64,000 nucleotides of DNA from Puniceicoccales bacterium (lineage in GTDB: Bacteria; Verrucomicrobiota; Verrucomicrobiia; Opitutales; JAIRKQ01). Both the position numbers and the translations under genes were made by a program. The stretch is taken from the NCBI GenBank assembly GCA_031266345.1, contig JAISBD010000022.1, forward strand, positions 16,451 to 80,450, given 5' to 3'. The notes beneath the pieces were generated by a model. The model had not been told where the DNA came from. It saw nothing but the letters and a program-made list of their open reading frames with translations, and made no database searches. Shown in pieces: positions 19,199 through 28,800 of this stretch (position 1 is its first letter; the number at the start of each line of letters is the position of its first letter).

Positions 19199-19540
19199 GT
19201 GTGGTCTAATCCCTAGCCGTTATTCCGCACTTTGCAATTAAAAAATGCGGCCCAGGTCCCGATCTCACAAAAAAAGCTAATAAAAGCGTTTGCTGATTGT
19301 TGAAAAGCTTATCAGAAAACAAGTATTTGCCGGGAAATCAAAAAAAGTCACAAGTTGGTTTAGGGAAACGCTAAGGCGATGAAGCGCGGTGCCCCCTATC
19401 TCCTCAAAATGCAATGGAAAAACCCCAGATTCCCCACGGCGAAGCATTTTACAAGAGAAGCATAGGCTAGAAAGCTCCCTTGGCAAATTGAAAGATCGGT
19501 GCCCCATTGCCATGCGCTATGGCAGGCGTATCCACACCTC

Positions 19541-19570
19541 CTTCCCTTCCCTTCCCTTCCCTTCCCTTCC
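19541..19570. repeat. pentanucleotide microsatellite (CTTCC)x6
   Basis: Six perfect tandem CTTCC units counted directly, in the intergenic region upstream of the rodZ-like/gpsA genes. Confidence 0.9.
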
Positions 19571-19621
19571 TATCGCCCGTCCCTTTATTTTTTGCCTTTC
19601 CCGATTCGTGGAGCCTTGATC

Positions 19622-20389
19622 CTAGGGCAGCAAGCTTTCGATCGCTAGTGCGCAAAAAATTCCCGCACCATCGGAAAAAATGATCTCGTCGTCCGTCGAC
19701 GATTCCAACACGATCTTTGGGTGGTTGCACAGGGTGGAATGCTCGGTGAAAATGCCGTCTTGCAGCTTCAATCGGCAGTAACCGTTCCTGGACACAACGT
19801 CCGAAATGGCGTGTTCAGCAAAAAATTCGCGCAACTTATCCTCAAAGGCGTGCACAGCCTTCGCACGGGCCACTTCGGAGGAAGGCTCCAGTGTCGCAAT
19901 TTTTTTCAAATTTGCCTTTTTCTCCGCTTTTTCCCTCGCCATATCTGCGGCGGTGTGCCCCTCGGCGCCGGAGATGATCCGCGATTTTCGCGCGCTAGCC
20001 ACGGGAGTCTCCTGCACAACCACGGAGTTTTTTGCGATGGGGACCGAAATCGCTAGGGGAGTCGGAGCAGGCTTGCCGGTGAAAATATGCGTAAAGATGG
20101 CCATCACCGCAATGCACATGATGCCAAATGTGCAGATGGGACGCTTTATTACGCCGAATGTTGCCGAAATTAATTTGCCGGCAAAAATCGGTATGGCTAG
20201 GAAAATATCCTTCAATCCGTCGCAAAATTCGGTGAAAGATAGGCGGCGACTCTTCTTCGCAAACAGACTATCAATGCCGTAGCATCCGCTTATCGTCCGT
20301 CTGTCAACGTCTCCGGCTATGGCGGCCGTGGCAGGATTCTGGCTACCCGCTCTGTCCCGCCGTTGAATGGCTTTACTTATGGTATTCAT
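19622..20389 (-). CDS. hypothetical single-pass membrane protein, possible ExeB/GspB-like partner of the upstream ATPase
   Basis: 4-nt overlap with the upstream ExeA-like gene. One hydrophobic segment (ICTFGIMCIAVMAIFTHIF). The GspB analogy rests on context only. Confidence 0.55.
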   Translation of the reverse strand: MNTISKAIQRRDRAGSQNPATAAIAGDVDRRTISGCYGIDSLFAKKSRRLSFTEFCDGLKDIFLAIPIFAGKLISATFGVIKRPICTFGIMCIAVMAIFTHIFTGKPAPTPLAISVPIAKNSVVVQETPVASARKSRIISGAEGHTAADMAREKAEKKANLKKIATLEPSSEVARAKAVHAFEDKLREFFAEHAISDVVSRNGYCRLKLQDGIFTEHSTLCNHPKIVLESSTDDEIIFSDGAGIFCALAIESLLP

Positions 20390-21204
20390 TTTAACTGTTT
20401 AACGTCCTTTACCGCATTGGCAACATCCTTATAGGTAATAACTTTCGAGGAATTGACAAAGGCCGAGAGCATTGCCTTGTCGCACAAATTATTTATTATC
20501 CTTGGAATGCCCTTGCTTTCAAAAAAAAGTTTCCGCTTCGCCCAAAAAGTGAAAATGGGGAACCCTTTGCTACCTGCCCGTTCCAATCTGTGCTTGATGT
20601 ACCAGTCCACTTCGAAATTTTTCAGCGGCCGCAGGTCGTAGTAGACGAGTATGCGCTGGCGCAGCTGCCTCATGCAGTTCGCCTTCAATTTTTTCTTGAG
20701 TTCCGGCTGGCCGAGTAGGACGATGTGGAGAAGCTTGTCGGAGCCGTCGCTTGGCTCCAAGTTCGATAGCAGGCGCACCTTCTCCAACATGTCGAAGGAT
20801 AAATTTTGCGCCTCGTCAATCAATAGGACTGCATGCCGCCCTTTTTTCAGTTCCTTTGAGAGGATTTGCTTAATTATTTCGCGGCTCTCGATGACACTTT
20901 CACCCACGCGGCTCGCTTGCAGTTTCATGCAAATCTCGATCAGCATTTCATGCTCCGTATCGGGTGGGTTATCGAGCAAAATGGTGACATCCTTTAAAGC
21001 TTTCATTTTGGCGAGCAGAGCCTGGCAAATGGTGGTTTTTCCGCAGCCAACTTCGCCGGTGATAACGGTGAAACCGTCGCGCCCCGCCACGCCGTACTGT
21101 AACAGTGACAATGCCGTCTGATACTGGTCTCCCATGTACAAATAGGAGGCATCGGTCCCGATCCTAAACGGCTTTTCCTTTAACTCAAAAAACTTTAAAT
21201 ACAT
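20386..21204 (-). CDS. ExeA/GspA-like AAA ATPase
   Basis: Walker A VITGEVGCGKTT, Walker B LLIDEAQNL, N-terminus MYLKFFELKEKPF typical of the ExeA/MshM family. Confidence 0.8.
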   Translation of the reverse strand: MYLKFFELKEKPFRIGTDASYLYMGDQYQTALSLLQYGVAGRDGFTVITGEVGCGKTTICQALLAKMKALKDVTILLDNPPDTEHEMLIEICMKLQASRVGESVIESREIIKQILSKELKKGRHAVLLIDEAQNLSFDMLEKVRLLSNLEPSDGSDKLLHIVLLGQPELKKKLKANCMRQLRQRILVYYDLRPLKNFEVDWYIKHRLERAGSKGFPIFTFWAKRKLFFESKGIPRIINNLCDKAMLSAFVNSSKVITYKDVANAVKDVKQLK

Positions 21205-21250
21205 AACACTGCGATGATGTTGATAAAATTTTGCCCAAAATCAATCTTCT

Positions 21251-23746
21251 TTATTTCGTTCGCACTTTATTTAGGTGCCATATGCTTGTGGCATACTCTT
21301 CTATGGCGCGGTCGCTCGAAAATTTCCCAATCCTAGCCACATTTAGGATTGCTTTTTTCGTCCACTCTTCCTTTTCATTGAAAGTGTTGTTTACGGCGGC
21401 TTGCGCACGGATGTAGTCGTCAAAGTCTTCCAAGACGAAAAACGGATCGCCGCCATCCAATAGGCTATTGCGCACATCGCACAGGGGGTTATCGCCGTCT
21501 TTCTGCCGGAAATAATCCGATCCAATCCAGTCCAAAATTTCACGCAACTCACTGTTGGAGTGATAGTGAGCGTAGGGATTGTAATTTTTTATCGTGCGCA
21601 ACTCCATTTCAGTCCGTCCGAAGATGAAGATGTTCTCGCTGCCAACTTCCTCCAGAATCTCGACATTTGCCCCGTCGAGCGTGCCGATGGTGCAGGCGCC
21701 ATTCAGGGCGAATTTCATATTACCCGTGCCAGACGCCTCCTTGCCTGCCGTAGAAATCTGCTCGGATAGGTCCGCCGCAGGAATTATTTCCGAAGCCAAA
21801 CTAACGCTGTAATTCGGCAAAAATACGATTTTTATCATATCTCGAGCGGCATTGGAATCGTTGATTTCCCCGGCGACGATATTTATGGCATGTATTATGC
21901 GCTTGGCCATGTAATACCCCGGAGCAGCCTTGGCGGCAAAGATGAAGGTGCGCGGCACGACTGTGGAATCCGTCGGGTTATCCAAAATTTTCCTATATAG
22001 ATATAGTATGTGCAGCAGATTTAGGTGCTGCCGCTTGTACTCGTGCAGGCGCTTGGCTTGGACGTCGAATAGGGAATAGGGATTGACCTGTATCCCGCAA
22101 AGGGAAAAAATCCTGCGGGCAAGTCTAATTTTATTCGCAAGCTTTATTTCCCGAAATTTTTCCTGAAAAATCGGGCATTCCGCCACCGATTCCAATTTGC
22201 GGAGCTTGGAAAGATCCTTTGTCCACTCCGTGCCAATGGTGCGGTCAACTAACTTTGACAGGCCCGGGTTGCAGGAACGCAGCCATTGGCGGGGAGTTAT
22301 GCCATTCGTAACATTCTTGAATTTCTCAGGGTAAAGTTCGTTAAACAATGGGAACAGGGAATTTTTCAGCAATTCGGAGTGCATCTCCGCTACGCCATTG
22401 ACGGAGTGGCTGCCGATGACGGCTAAGTAGGACATCCTTATTTTACCACCATGGACGATGGATAGTGCATCCTTCTTCCCGCTGTCTCCGGGCCACTTCT
22501 TCTCCACTTCGTCCTCCAAGAAGCGTCTATTTACTTCGCATATGAGTTGGTAGTGGCGGGGGAGCATTTTGGCGAACAGGTCGACGGACCACTCCTCCAA
22601 AGCTTCGGGCAGTAAGGTGTGATTAGTGTAGCTGAACACACTCCGGCAAAGCGTCCAGGCATCGTCCCACGGCACGTTGTAGCTATCCAGAAGCAGGCGC
22701 ATGAGCTCGACGATGGCAATGGTGGGATGGGTATCATTCAGCTGAATGGTGATTTTTTCAGCGAATTTATCGAACGTCTTATTTTTCTTGGTATATCTGC
22801 GCAGAATATCTTTTATGGAGCAGCTCACGAAGAAATACTGCTGAGTGAGGCGCAATTCTTTACCCTTGCAGGTGGAATCATCCGGATAGAGGATTTTCGA
22901 GATTGCTTCCGATTCGGATTGTTTTTGTACGGCGTCGAGGTATTCGCCGCGATTGAAGACATCCAATTCGAACTCCGATGCGGTGCGCGCTTCCCACAGG
23001 CGCATGAAATTAACGGTGCTTGCGCCGTAGCCCACAATGGGAATGTCCCAGGGCACCCCCTGCACTATTTTTCCCTCCACCCAGTGTGGTCGCCAATGGC
23101 CGCCCTCGTCGTAGGAGTTCTCCACGCGGCCGTATAGCTGCACATTTTGAATATTTTCCGGCCGACAAATTCGCCAAGGATTGCCGAAAATTATCCAATT
23201 ATCTGGGCGCTCAACTTGTTTACCATCAATGAGTTCTTGGCGAAAAAGTCCGAATTCGTAGTGAATGCCGTAGGCGACGGCGGGGTAATCGAGCGTAGCC
23301 AAGGAATCCTGAAAACAGGAGGCCAATCGCCCCAAGCCGCCGTTCCCCAGTCCCATGTCCGATTCTATGGCAACAATGGCATCGAGGTCCTGGCCCAGGG
23401 ACTGCAGGGCAATCTCCAAATCATCGAGAATGCCGAGAGCCTGTGCGGTATTGCGCAACATGGCGCCGGGCAAATATTCCAGTGACATATAATACATGCG
23501 TCGAACATCGTTTTCGTGGTGTACCTTTTGTGTGCGTATGAGCTCCTCCAGGAGGCGGTCACGCACCGCCAGTGCCGTTGCTATCCACCAATCATGTGCC
23601 ACCGCCGATACGTGGTCACGGGCGAGGGAGCACTGGAGATGGCGAGTGATGGCATTTTTAAGATCACCTGCCACCGCATGCATCCCCGTCCACTTCCTAG
23701 ATTTACCAGTTTTACCGCACTTACAATTATCTTCACTCATATTCAT
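21251..23746 (-). CDS. glgP: glycogen/maltodextrin phosphorylase (GT35)
   Basis: 831 aa with the PLP-lysine motif EASGTGNMKFALNGA. Confidence 0.93.
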   Translation of the reverse strand: MNMSEDNCKCGKTGKSRKWTGMHAVAGDLKNAITRHLQCSLARDHVSAVAHDWWIATALAVRDRLLEELIRTQKVHHENDVRRMYYMSLEYLPGAMLRNTAQALGILDDLEIALQSLGQDLDAIVAIESDMGLGNGGLGRLASCFQDSLATLDYPAVAYGIHYEFGLFRQELIDGKQVERPDNWIIFGNPWRICRPENIQNVQLYGRVENSYDEGGHWRPHWVEGKIVQGVPWDIPIVGYGASTVNFMRLWEARTASEFELDVFNRGEYLDAVQKQSESEAISKILYPDDSTCKGKELRLTQQYFFVSCSIKDILRRYTKKNKTFDKFAEKITIQLNDTHPTIAIVELMRLLLDSYNVPWDDAWTLCRSVFSYTNHTLLPEALEEWSVDLFAKMLPRHYQLICEVNRRFLEDEVEKKWPGDSGKKDALSIVHGGKIRMSYLAVIGSHSVNGVAEMHSELLKNSLFPLFNELYPEKFKNVTNGITPRQWLRSCNPGLSKLVDRTIGTEWTKDLSKLRKLESVAECPIFQEKFREIKLANKIRLARRIFSLCGIQVNPYSLFDVQAKRLHEYKRQHLNLLHILYLYRKILDNPTDSTVVPRTFIFAAKAAPGYYMAKRIIHAINIVAGEINDSNAARDMIKIVFLPNYSVSLASEIIPAADLSEQISTAGKEASGTGNMKFALNGACTIGTLDGANVEILEEVGSENIFIFGRTEMELRTIKNYNPYAHYHSNSELREILDWIGSDYFRQKDGDNPLCDVRNSLLDGGDPFFVLEDFDDYIRAQAAVNNTFNEKEEWTKKAILNVARIGKFSSDRAIEEYATSIWHLNKVRTK

Positions 23747-23865
23747 TCCTCCAATGACTCGTCCTATTTTAGGAAAATTTTATACTTTTGGAAACTTAAA
23801 AATTCATAAAATTACATTTTGTCAAAATATTGACCTTTGGGCAGATTTTCTTTGATTGGTTTGCT

Positions 23866-24453
23866 ATGCTATCCTACATTGAAGGAATTCTCATGGAAGT
23901 CGGGCTATTGCGCACCGTCATAGGCGTTGGCGGGCTTGGATACCAGGTCAATGCGCCGCTGACAACCATAGAAAAATTACCAAAAATCGGTGATATTGCC
24001 AAGCTTTACCTAAGCGAAATTATTCGGGAAGACCAGCACGACCTCTACGGATTTTTGACAAAAAATGAGCGGGATTTTTTCGAGCTAATGACAAGCAAAG
24101 TGAAGGGGATTGGACCAAAAATCGCACTAAATATCATGAGCAGGCTGTCCCTGAACACGCTAAAAAGTGCCATATTTTCGCGGGATACTGCCCTGCTGAG
24201 CCAATGCCACGGAATCGGGAAAAAGACCGCCGAACGCATCGTCATCGAACTGGGGGACAAGATGGATAGCATTTCGCCGGCGCTACCGGCGAGCGGTATC
24301 ATTCCGTCCGATGCTGCCCAGGATGCCGTGCACGCCCTAGTGTCCCTCGGATATAAACCCGCCGAAGCTGACAAGTGCGTAAGGAATGGATTGGCGAAAA
24401 TCGGCGAATCGGCCTCCTCGGAGGAGCTGATAAAATACGCATTAAAATCATGA
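23866..24453 (+). CDS. ruvA: Holliday junction DNA helicase RuvA
   Basis: MLSYIEGIL.., VGGLGYQVNAP, HhH motifs GIGPKIALNI and GIGKKTAERIV. Start moved to ATG 23866. Confidence 0.88.
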   Translation: MLSYIEGILMEVGLLRTVIGVGGLGYQVNAPLTTIEKLPKIGDIAKLYLSEIIREDQHDLYGFLTKNERDFFELMTSKVKGIGPKIALNIMSRLSLNTLKSAIFSRDTALLSQCHGIGKKTAERIVIELGDKMDSISPALPASGIIPSDAAQDAVHALVSLGYKPAEADKCVRNGLAKIGESASSEELIKYALKS

Positions 24454-25214
24454 ATAGCTCGATTTACATCCACCACCCCAGCTATCCGGGCAAGTCGATT
24501 GAGCTCCCAATCATCCACGACGATGAGCACTGCCTTGCCGTAGAAAAACCACCAAAAATTCCATGCCGAGCGGGGCAGTTTTCGATAATGAAGCAATTGT
24601 GGATGAGTCTGCAAAAGCCCTCCATAATTAGCCTTGGGATTCAACATCCCTGCAGCGTATACGACTTGGAGGACAACTTGAGCGGCATTCTCATATTGGC
24701 AAAAAACAGGGAATCGGCGAAAGTTTTAAAAAATGCCTATGGGTCCTACATGTTTGAGTTCACTTTCGACCTACTTTGCGCCGGCTCCGGCTGTGACGAT
24801 GGGAGGGAAATGGTTTGTTCCCTGCCGATCGCCCGCCATTTTTCGAAGGAAAGGATGCTCATATCGGCGAGGACTGGGAAAAAGTCGCGTACCAATTTTA
24901 ATTTCTTTGCCCGCGTTGGCAAGTGTGAGCATTGGCAAGCTCGGTGCACGTATTTGCGCAAGGATCAGCTATGTCTGCACGCCCATGAATCCGGCTTGGC
25001 CGTGCTAGGCGACACGCTGTACGGCAGAACGAAAATTCCCTCTTTCTCCGAAATAAAGCGACATTTCAAAGCAAATAGGAGGGGCAGTAATGGGTCGCTC
25101 TACGCCGGCATCGCCGCCCACCTATCCACGCTAAAATTACACAGCGGTGCCGTGATTCGCAGCGAACTCCCCAAAAAAATGCGCGTACTCATGAAATTTT
25201 TAACGAAACCATGA
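24450..25214 (+). CDS. RluA-family pseudouridine synthase-like protein (catalytic motif altered)
   Basis: ATGA overlap with the ruvA stop. IIHDDEHCLAVEKPPKIP and LHAHESGLAVLGDTLYG fit the RluA/RluD family. The HRLDxxTSG position reads YDLEDNLSG. Confidence 0.7.
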   Translation: MNSSIYIHHPSYPGKSIELPIIHDDEHCLAVEKPPKIPCRAGQFSIMKQLWMSLQKPSIISLGIQHPCSVYDLEDNLSGILILAKNRESAKVLKNAYGSYMFEFTFDLLCAGSGCDDGREMVCSLPIARHFSKERMLISARTGKKSRTNFNFFARVGKCEHWQARCTYLRKDQLCLHAHESGLAVLGDTLYGRTKIPSFSEIKRHFKANRRGSNGSLYAGIAAHLSTLKLHSGAVIRSELPKKMRVLMKFLTKP

Positions 25215-25675
25215 AAAAGAAGAAAATTTTGATAGTGTGCACGGGAAATACGTGCCGCAGCCCGCTAGCCATGGTCATAATCTCCGATCATTTGAAAAAA
25301 AATGCGCCGACTAGCAATTTTTCCGTACTGTCCGCTGGGGTCTCCGCGCAGAATGGCGAGCCCGCCAGTAAGCATGCCGCGCAAGTCGCCAGTGAGCTCG
25401 GACTTAGCCTGGATAAGCACGCTGCAAGGAGAGTGGACCGGAATTTGCTAAAAGGGGTCGATTTAATTCTGTGCATGACCGGCACCCATAAGCTTCACCT
25501 ATTGCACAACTTTGAAAACCTTGAAGGAAAGTGCTTCACTTTCGCTGAGTGCGTTATTTCCCAAGATATCTCCGACCCATATGGCCGAGACATCGAAGCC
25601 TATCGAGAAATCGCCGCTGCCATAAAAAATTCGATGCCTGACTTGCTAAGTTTTTTAAAAAAATTCTTCCCCTAA
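25211..25675 (+). CDS. low-molecular-weight protein tyrosine/arginine phosphatase
   Basis: CX5R(S) P-loop VCTGNTCRSP near the N-terminus and DPYG near the C-terminal third. Confidence 0.85.
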   Translation: MKKKKILIVCTGNTCRSPLAMVIISDHLKKNAPTSNFSVLSAGVSAQNGEPASKHAAQVASELGLSLDKHAARRVDRNLLKGVDLILCMTGTHKLHLLHNFENLEGKCFTFAECVISQDISDPYGRDIEAYREIAAAIKNSMPDLLSFLKKFFP

Positions 25676-25718
25676 AAAAAAGTTCTAATTTTAAAAAAAA
25701 ACATTATCATGGGCCCCG

Positions 25719-27179
25719 ATGGGTAATAAGCGTGACGTTTTTTTGAATGCAATTTCCACCGGACAAAATTTCGGTGTGCGGTTTGACCTCGTGGACGGGC
25801 GAAATAAACAAATTTTTCACTGCGGAATTGCAGAAAATTTGCTGCCCTTCCTGCAGGCCGCCGGCATAAAGTTTTTCGAACTGGGGAATGTGAACGCCGT
25901 GGACAGTGTTTCGTTTAAGAACACTTCCCTGTTCGCCAAAGAACCGCAGCTCATCTCCGATGAAATAATTGAAAAAATCGGCTTTAAGGATACCTCGCCC
26001 GCTTCCCGCTCCAGCCTTATCAATGGCGCCGTGCAGCACTGCATCAACTTTAAAAACCGTAAACTTTTGGCGGGCTTCGTTGAATTTGAGCAGAAAAATA
26101 GCTACTGGCTGCAAAATCACGCCCTGTTCTCGATATTGAGTAACTATATCGGTACCAAAGAGTTTCATTCCTGGCCAACGGATATTAGGGACAATAATCG
26201 CAGGTCGTGCGGCGTGATAAGCAAGCAGCTGTTCGATGGGATAATTTTTGAAAAAACTGCCCAATTTTTAACCCACCTATCGCTTAAAACCCTCATAGAA
26301 CGAGCCAAACAATTGGGGATATTCGTTGGGGCAACGGTCGACATCATGTGCGAGGAATTTTGCAGTGAAGTTTGGATGAAACAGCGCCTATTTTTTTTAA
26401 ACAAGTTCGGTAAAGCTACGGTCTACAATGGGTTACCCGCCAGCGAATACCTGGTATACGGGCTGAAAAGTTCCCAAGTTCCCTATCGCTGGAACGAGAT
26501 GTACAACGACGGATACGAAATTATACACAAGCTTTTCGACAAGCAGGGAGAGGAATTCGACTACGTGCACGTGAAAAATGGGCACACGATTTTCCACTAT
26601 TGGGAGGTGGCGAGCTTTGAAATAAATGGGGAACATGGCCGCTGGGTGCCGATCAGGTCCGATCTGTTTTTCGAATATACTAAGCCGCATCTGGACCGCT
26701 TTCCCTACATTTTTGATTTCAATAATCCGCTGTTCCCCAAGCACGAGCTGCTGGTTAGGCGGCATAATCTCCTGCAAGCAATCGTCCACGGCGAACCGGA
26801 AACCCATATCTATGAACAATATGACCTTTCCATGGATGTAAAAATTTTGGCGAGCAAGCTGTGCAATGCGAAAATTCCCTTGGAAGGCGCATCGGTTCAA
26901 AAGATTTTATCCGGAGCAAAACTAAACCTAGAAGATATGCTGGCGAAAAATTTCCCGCTGAAGCTACTCCACATCGATGAAGTTTGCCGCATACTTAGGG
27001 CGAGCATGAAGGATATTACGCGCCGGCCCCAATATTACGGTGAGATTTTTGGGAACATTTTAGCGGGGAACCCACTCGGTGGCAACGGTAAAAAGCTGCA
27101 CAAATTGGGAAAAAGCCCCTTTGCGAAGGAAAAGAAGTCCATCCTAAAATTCGTACTCTCCTTCTTCAAGGGAGAATAG
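25719..27179 (+). CDS. 4-alpha-glucanotransferase (GH77, MalQ)-like protein, probably non-catalytic
   Basis: Colinear with amylomaltase blocks (YWLQNHALF, SEVW, VPYRW, YWEV, GRWV), but the nucleophile position of RIDH reads VKNG. Confidence 0.65.
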   Translation: MGNKRDVFLNAISTGQNFGVRFDLVDGRNKQIFHCGIAENLLPFLQAAGIKFFELGNVNAVDSVSFKNTSLFAKEPQLISDEIIEKIGFKDTSPASRSSLINGAVQHCINFKNRKLLAGFVEFEQKNSYWLQNHALFSILSNYIGTKEFHSWPTDIRDNNRRSCGVISKQLFDGIIFEKTAQFLTHLSLKTLIERAKQLGIFVGATVDIMCEEFCSEVWMKQRLFFLNKFGKATVYNGLPASEYLVYGLKSSQVPYRWNEMYNDGYEIIHKLFDKQGEEFDYVHVKNGHTIFHYWEVASFEINGEHGRWVPIRSDLFFEYTKPHLDRFPYIFDFNNPLFPKHELLVRRHNLLQAIVHGEPETHIYEQYDLSMDVKILASKLCNAKIPLEGASVQKILSGAKLNLEDMLAKNFPLKLLHIDEVCRILRASMKDITRRPQYYGEIFGNILAGNPLGGNGKKLHKLGKSPFAKEKKSILKFVLSFFKGE

Positions 27180-27507
27180 AAAATAGGGCGCATCGCCTAA
27201 ATTTTATGGCTCCGATGGGAGTTTTTTCTAAAAAGTTTTGGCTCTGTTTTAGCGAAGGAGATAATCGTGGTAAAAAAAGTAAATAGGAGGAAAATTAGGG
27301 AATATCGCACCTGCTCCCAATGAAGCGAACTGGATGATTCCCATGCATTTTAGCTCTCCCATTTCACTGCGCTGAAAGCACTTATTTCGCTTCACTTTCC
27401 CTCGCTGTTTTGTGAAATATTTCGGCAAAATTACAAAAAAAAGCTTGACTCGCAAAGGTTCTGCCCTAGGTCATCCAGGTAGTTAAATTTACAAAGGACA
27501 AAAAAAC

Positions 27508-28155
27508 ATGAGTACCTCCAGCACTTTTAGTAAGCCCCCCATTCACTCTTCCATAGAGGAATTGCAAAGAAATTACACCGAAGCATTCACCGGTCTAAGG
27601 GGTGTGTGTGATAAATTAAATGCTCACGCTGATAGTAATATTGCAGCAGTAAAACTCTTTTGCAAAGAAAATGGTTCCATAATTGGCAAGTTTGCTAAGG
27701 CTATCCTTGACAGGGTTTTAAAGCCAGCTGGTGGCCGTTTAGCGTTTTTACTTAAACACGTAATATCACTCTGCATCGACCTTGTGAAATTATACTTAAA
27801 ATTTTGCAGTTGCATAGCAGAAGCGATTATTTCCCTCGCAGAGACGTATATGGAGTTGGCAATATTCATGGCTGCTCTACTAAAGAGTATATGGTGCCAC
27901 TGCTGGCTCTTGCTGTGGGAATTGACCCTTGTCCTATGGAAACACGATGCCGAACAGAGGGAAAAATTCATTACACATATCGCGCAATTGAAAGAGAGCA
28001 TTATTAGCTCGCTGCATCATGCAGCAGCGAGATGGGTGGGTGTGATTGAAAAGCCTGCGCCCGTGTCTGAAGAGCCCGCGCTTGCGCCTGTGTCTGAAAG
28101 GCCTGCACCTGCGCCTGTGTCTGAAAGGCCCGCACTTATGCCCCAAGCCGGCTAA
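27508..28155 (+). CDS. hypothetical protein with a central hydrophobic region and a C-terminal 9-aa tandem repeat
   Basis: 215 aa. Hydrophobic stretch LAIFMAALLKSIWCHCWLLLWELTLVLW. C-terminus is (P/L)APVSE(E/R)PA x3. Confidence 0.55.
   Translation: MSTSSTFSKPPIHSSIEELQRNYTEAFTGLRGVCDKLNAHADSNIAAVKLFCKENGSIIGKFAKAILDRVLKPAGGRLAFLLKHVISLCIDLVKLYLKFCSCIAEAIISLAETYMELAIFMAALLKSIWCHCWLLLWELTLVLWKHDAEQREKFITHIAQLKESIISSLHHAAARWVGVIEKPAPVSEEPALAPVSERPAPAPVSERPALMPQAG
28053..28141 (+). repeat. 27-nt in-frame tandem repeat (about 3.3 copies) within the CDS
   Basis: Units at 28053-28079, 28080-28106 and 28107-28133, then a partial unit. Consensus CCTGCGCCTGTGTCTGAAAGGCCYGCA. Confidence 0.85.
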
Positions 28156-28180
28156 GTGTTGGCATAGATAGAACAAAGGT

Positions 28181-28220
28181 GAAGCTAGGGGATATTAAAA
28201 TTCTCCCCAAGCTTCGTGTT
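28181..28220. terminator. putative hairpin terminator between convergent genes
   Basis: GAAGCTAGGGGA (28181-28192) pairs with TCCCCAAGCTTC (28204-28215) with one mismatch and an 11-nt loop, followed by a T-containing tail. Confidence 0.45.
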
Positions 28221-28230
28221 TGTGCAAAAT

Positions 28231-28584
28231 TTATTTGCTTTTTAGCAAATGATCTATTGCCATTTGCAGTTTTAACAGCTGCGCAGTCGAGCAATTGCTG
28301 AGTATGTCGTGAAACCTCAGCAAAAGTTCTTCGGAAGTGTAATTGGCAGTCTCTATGAGATAGAGGATCACGCTTTCCCTAGGGATTTGGTATGTTTTTC
28401 TTTTTTCTTTGCCCCTTGGTGCACGCCCACTTAGGGTGTGACCCAGTATTTTTTGATTGTCAAAAGCATCGCGTACGTACTGGGAACTTTTTCCTATTAT
28501 GGAGGCTACTTCTTTTGGGGAAAACCAACGCTGTGACGGCGGTAAAAGAAATTCGAAAAATTCTCTGTTCAAAATTTGTACCAT
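28231..28584 (-). CDS. hypothetical HTH DNA-binding protein (excisionase/MerR-like N-terminus)
   Basis: FSPKEVASIIGKSSQYVRDAFDNQKILGH resembles excisionase-type HTH domains. 117 aa. Confidence 0.5.
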   Translation of the reverse strand: MVQILNREFFEFLLPPSQRWFSPKEVASIIGKSSQYVRDAFDNQKILGHTLSGRAPRGKEKRKTYQIPRESVILYLIETANYTSEELLLRFHDILSNCSTAQLLKLQMAIDHLLKSK

Positions 28585-28800
28585 TTTATTCCTTTTTATT
28601 TATTTGTTTACGAAATACCCTGACAAAGCTAATCGCAACAAACAATTCTTCAATTTATCATCTCTATGAGGAGTCTACTTTCAAAAACGTATGTAAAAAG
28701 TTTGTCAAGATATTTTTAAATAAAAATTTTACTTTTTTATCGATTGACTTTATTTGCAATGAATTGAAGCTTCTCCCTATTCCAAACTTTGAAGAGTAGA

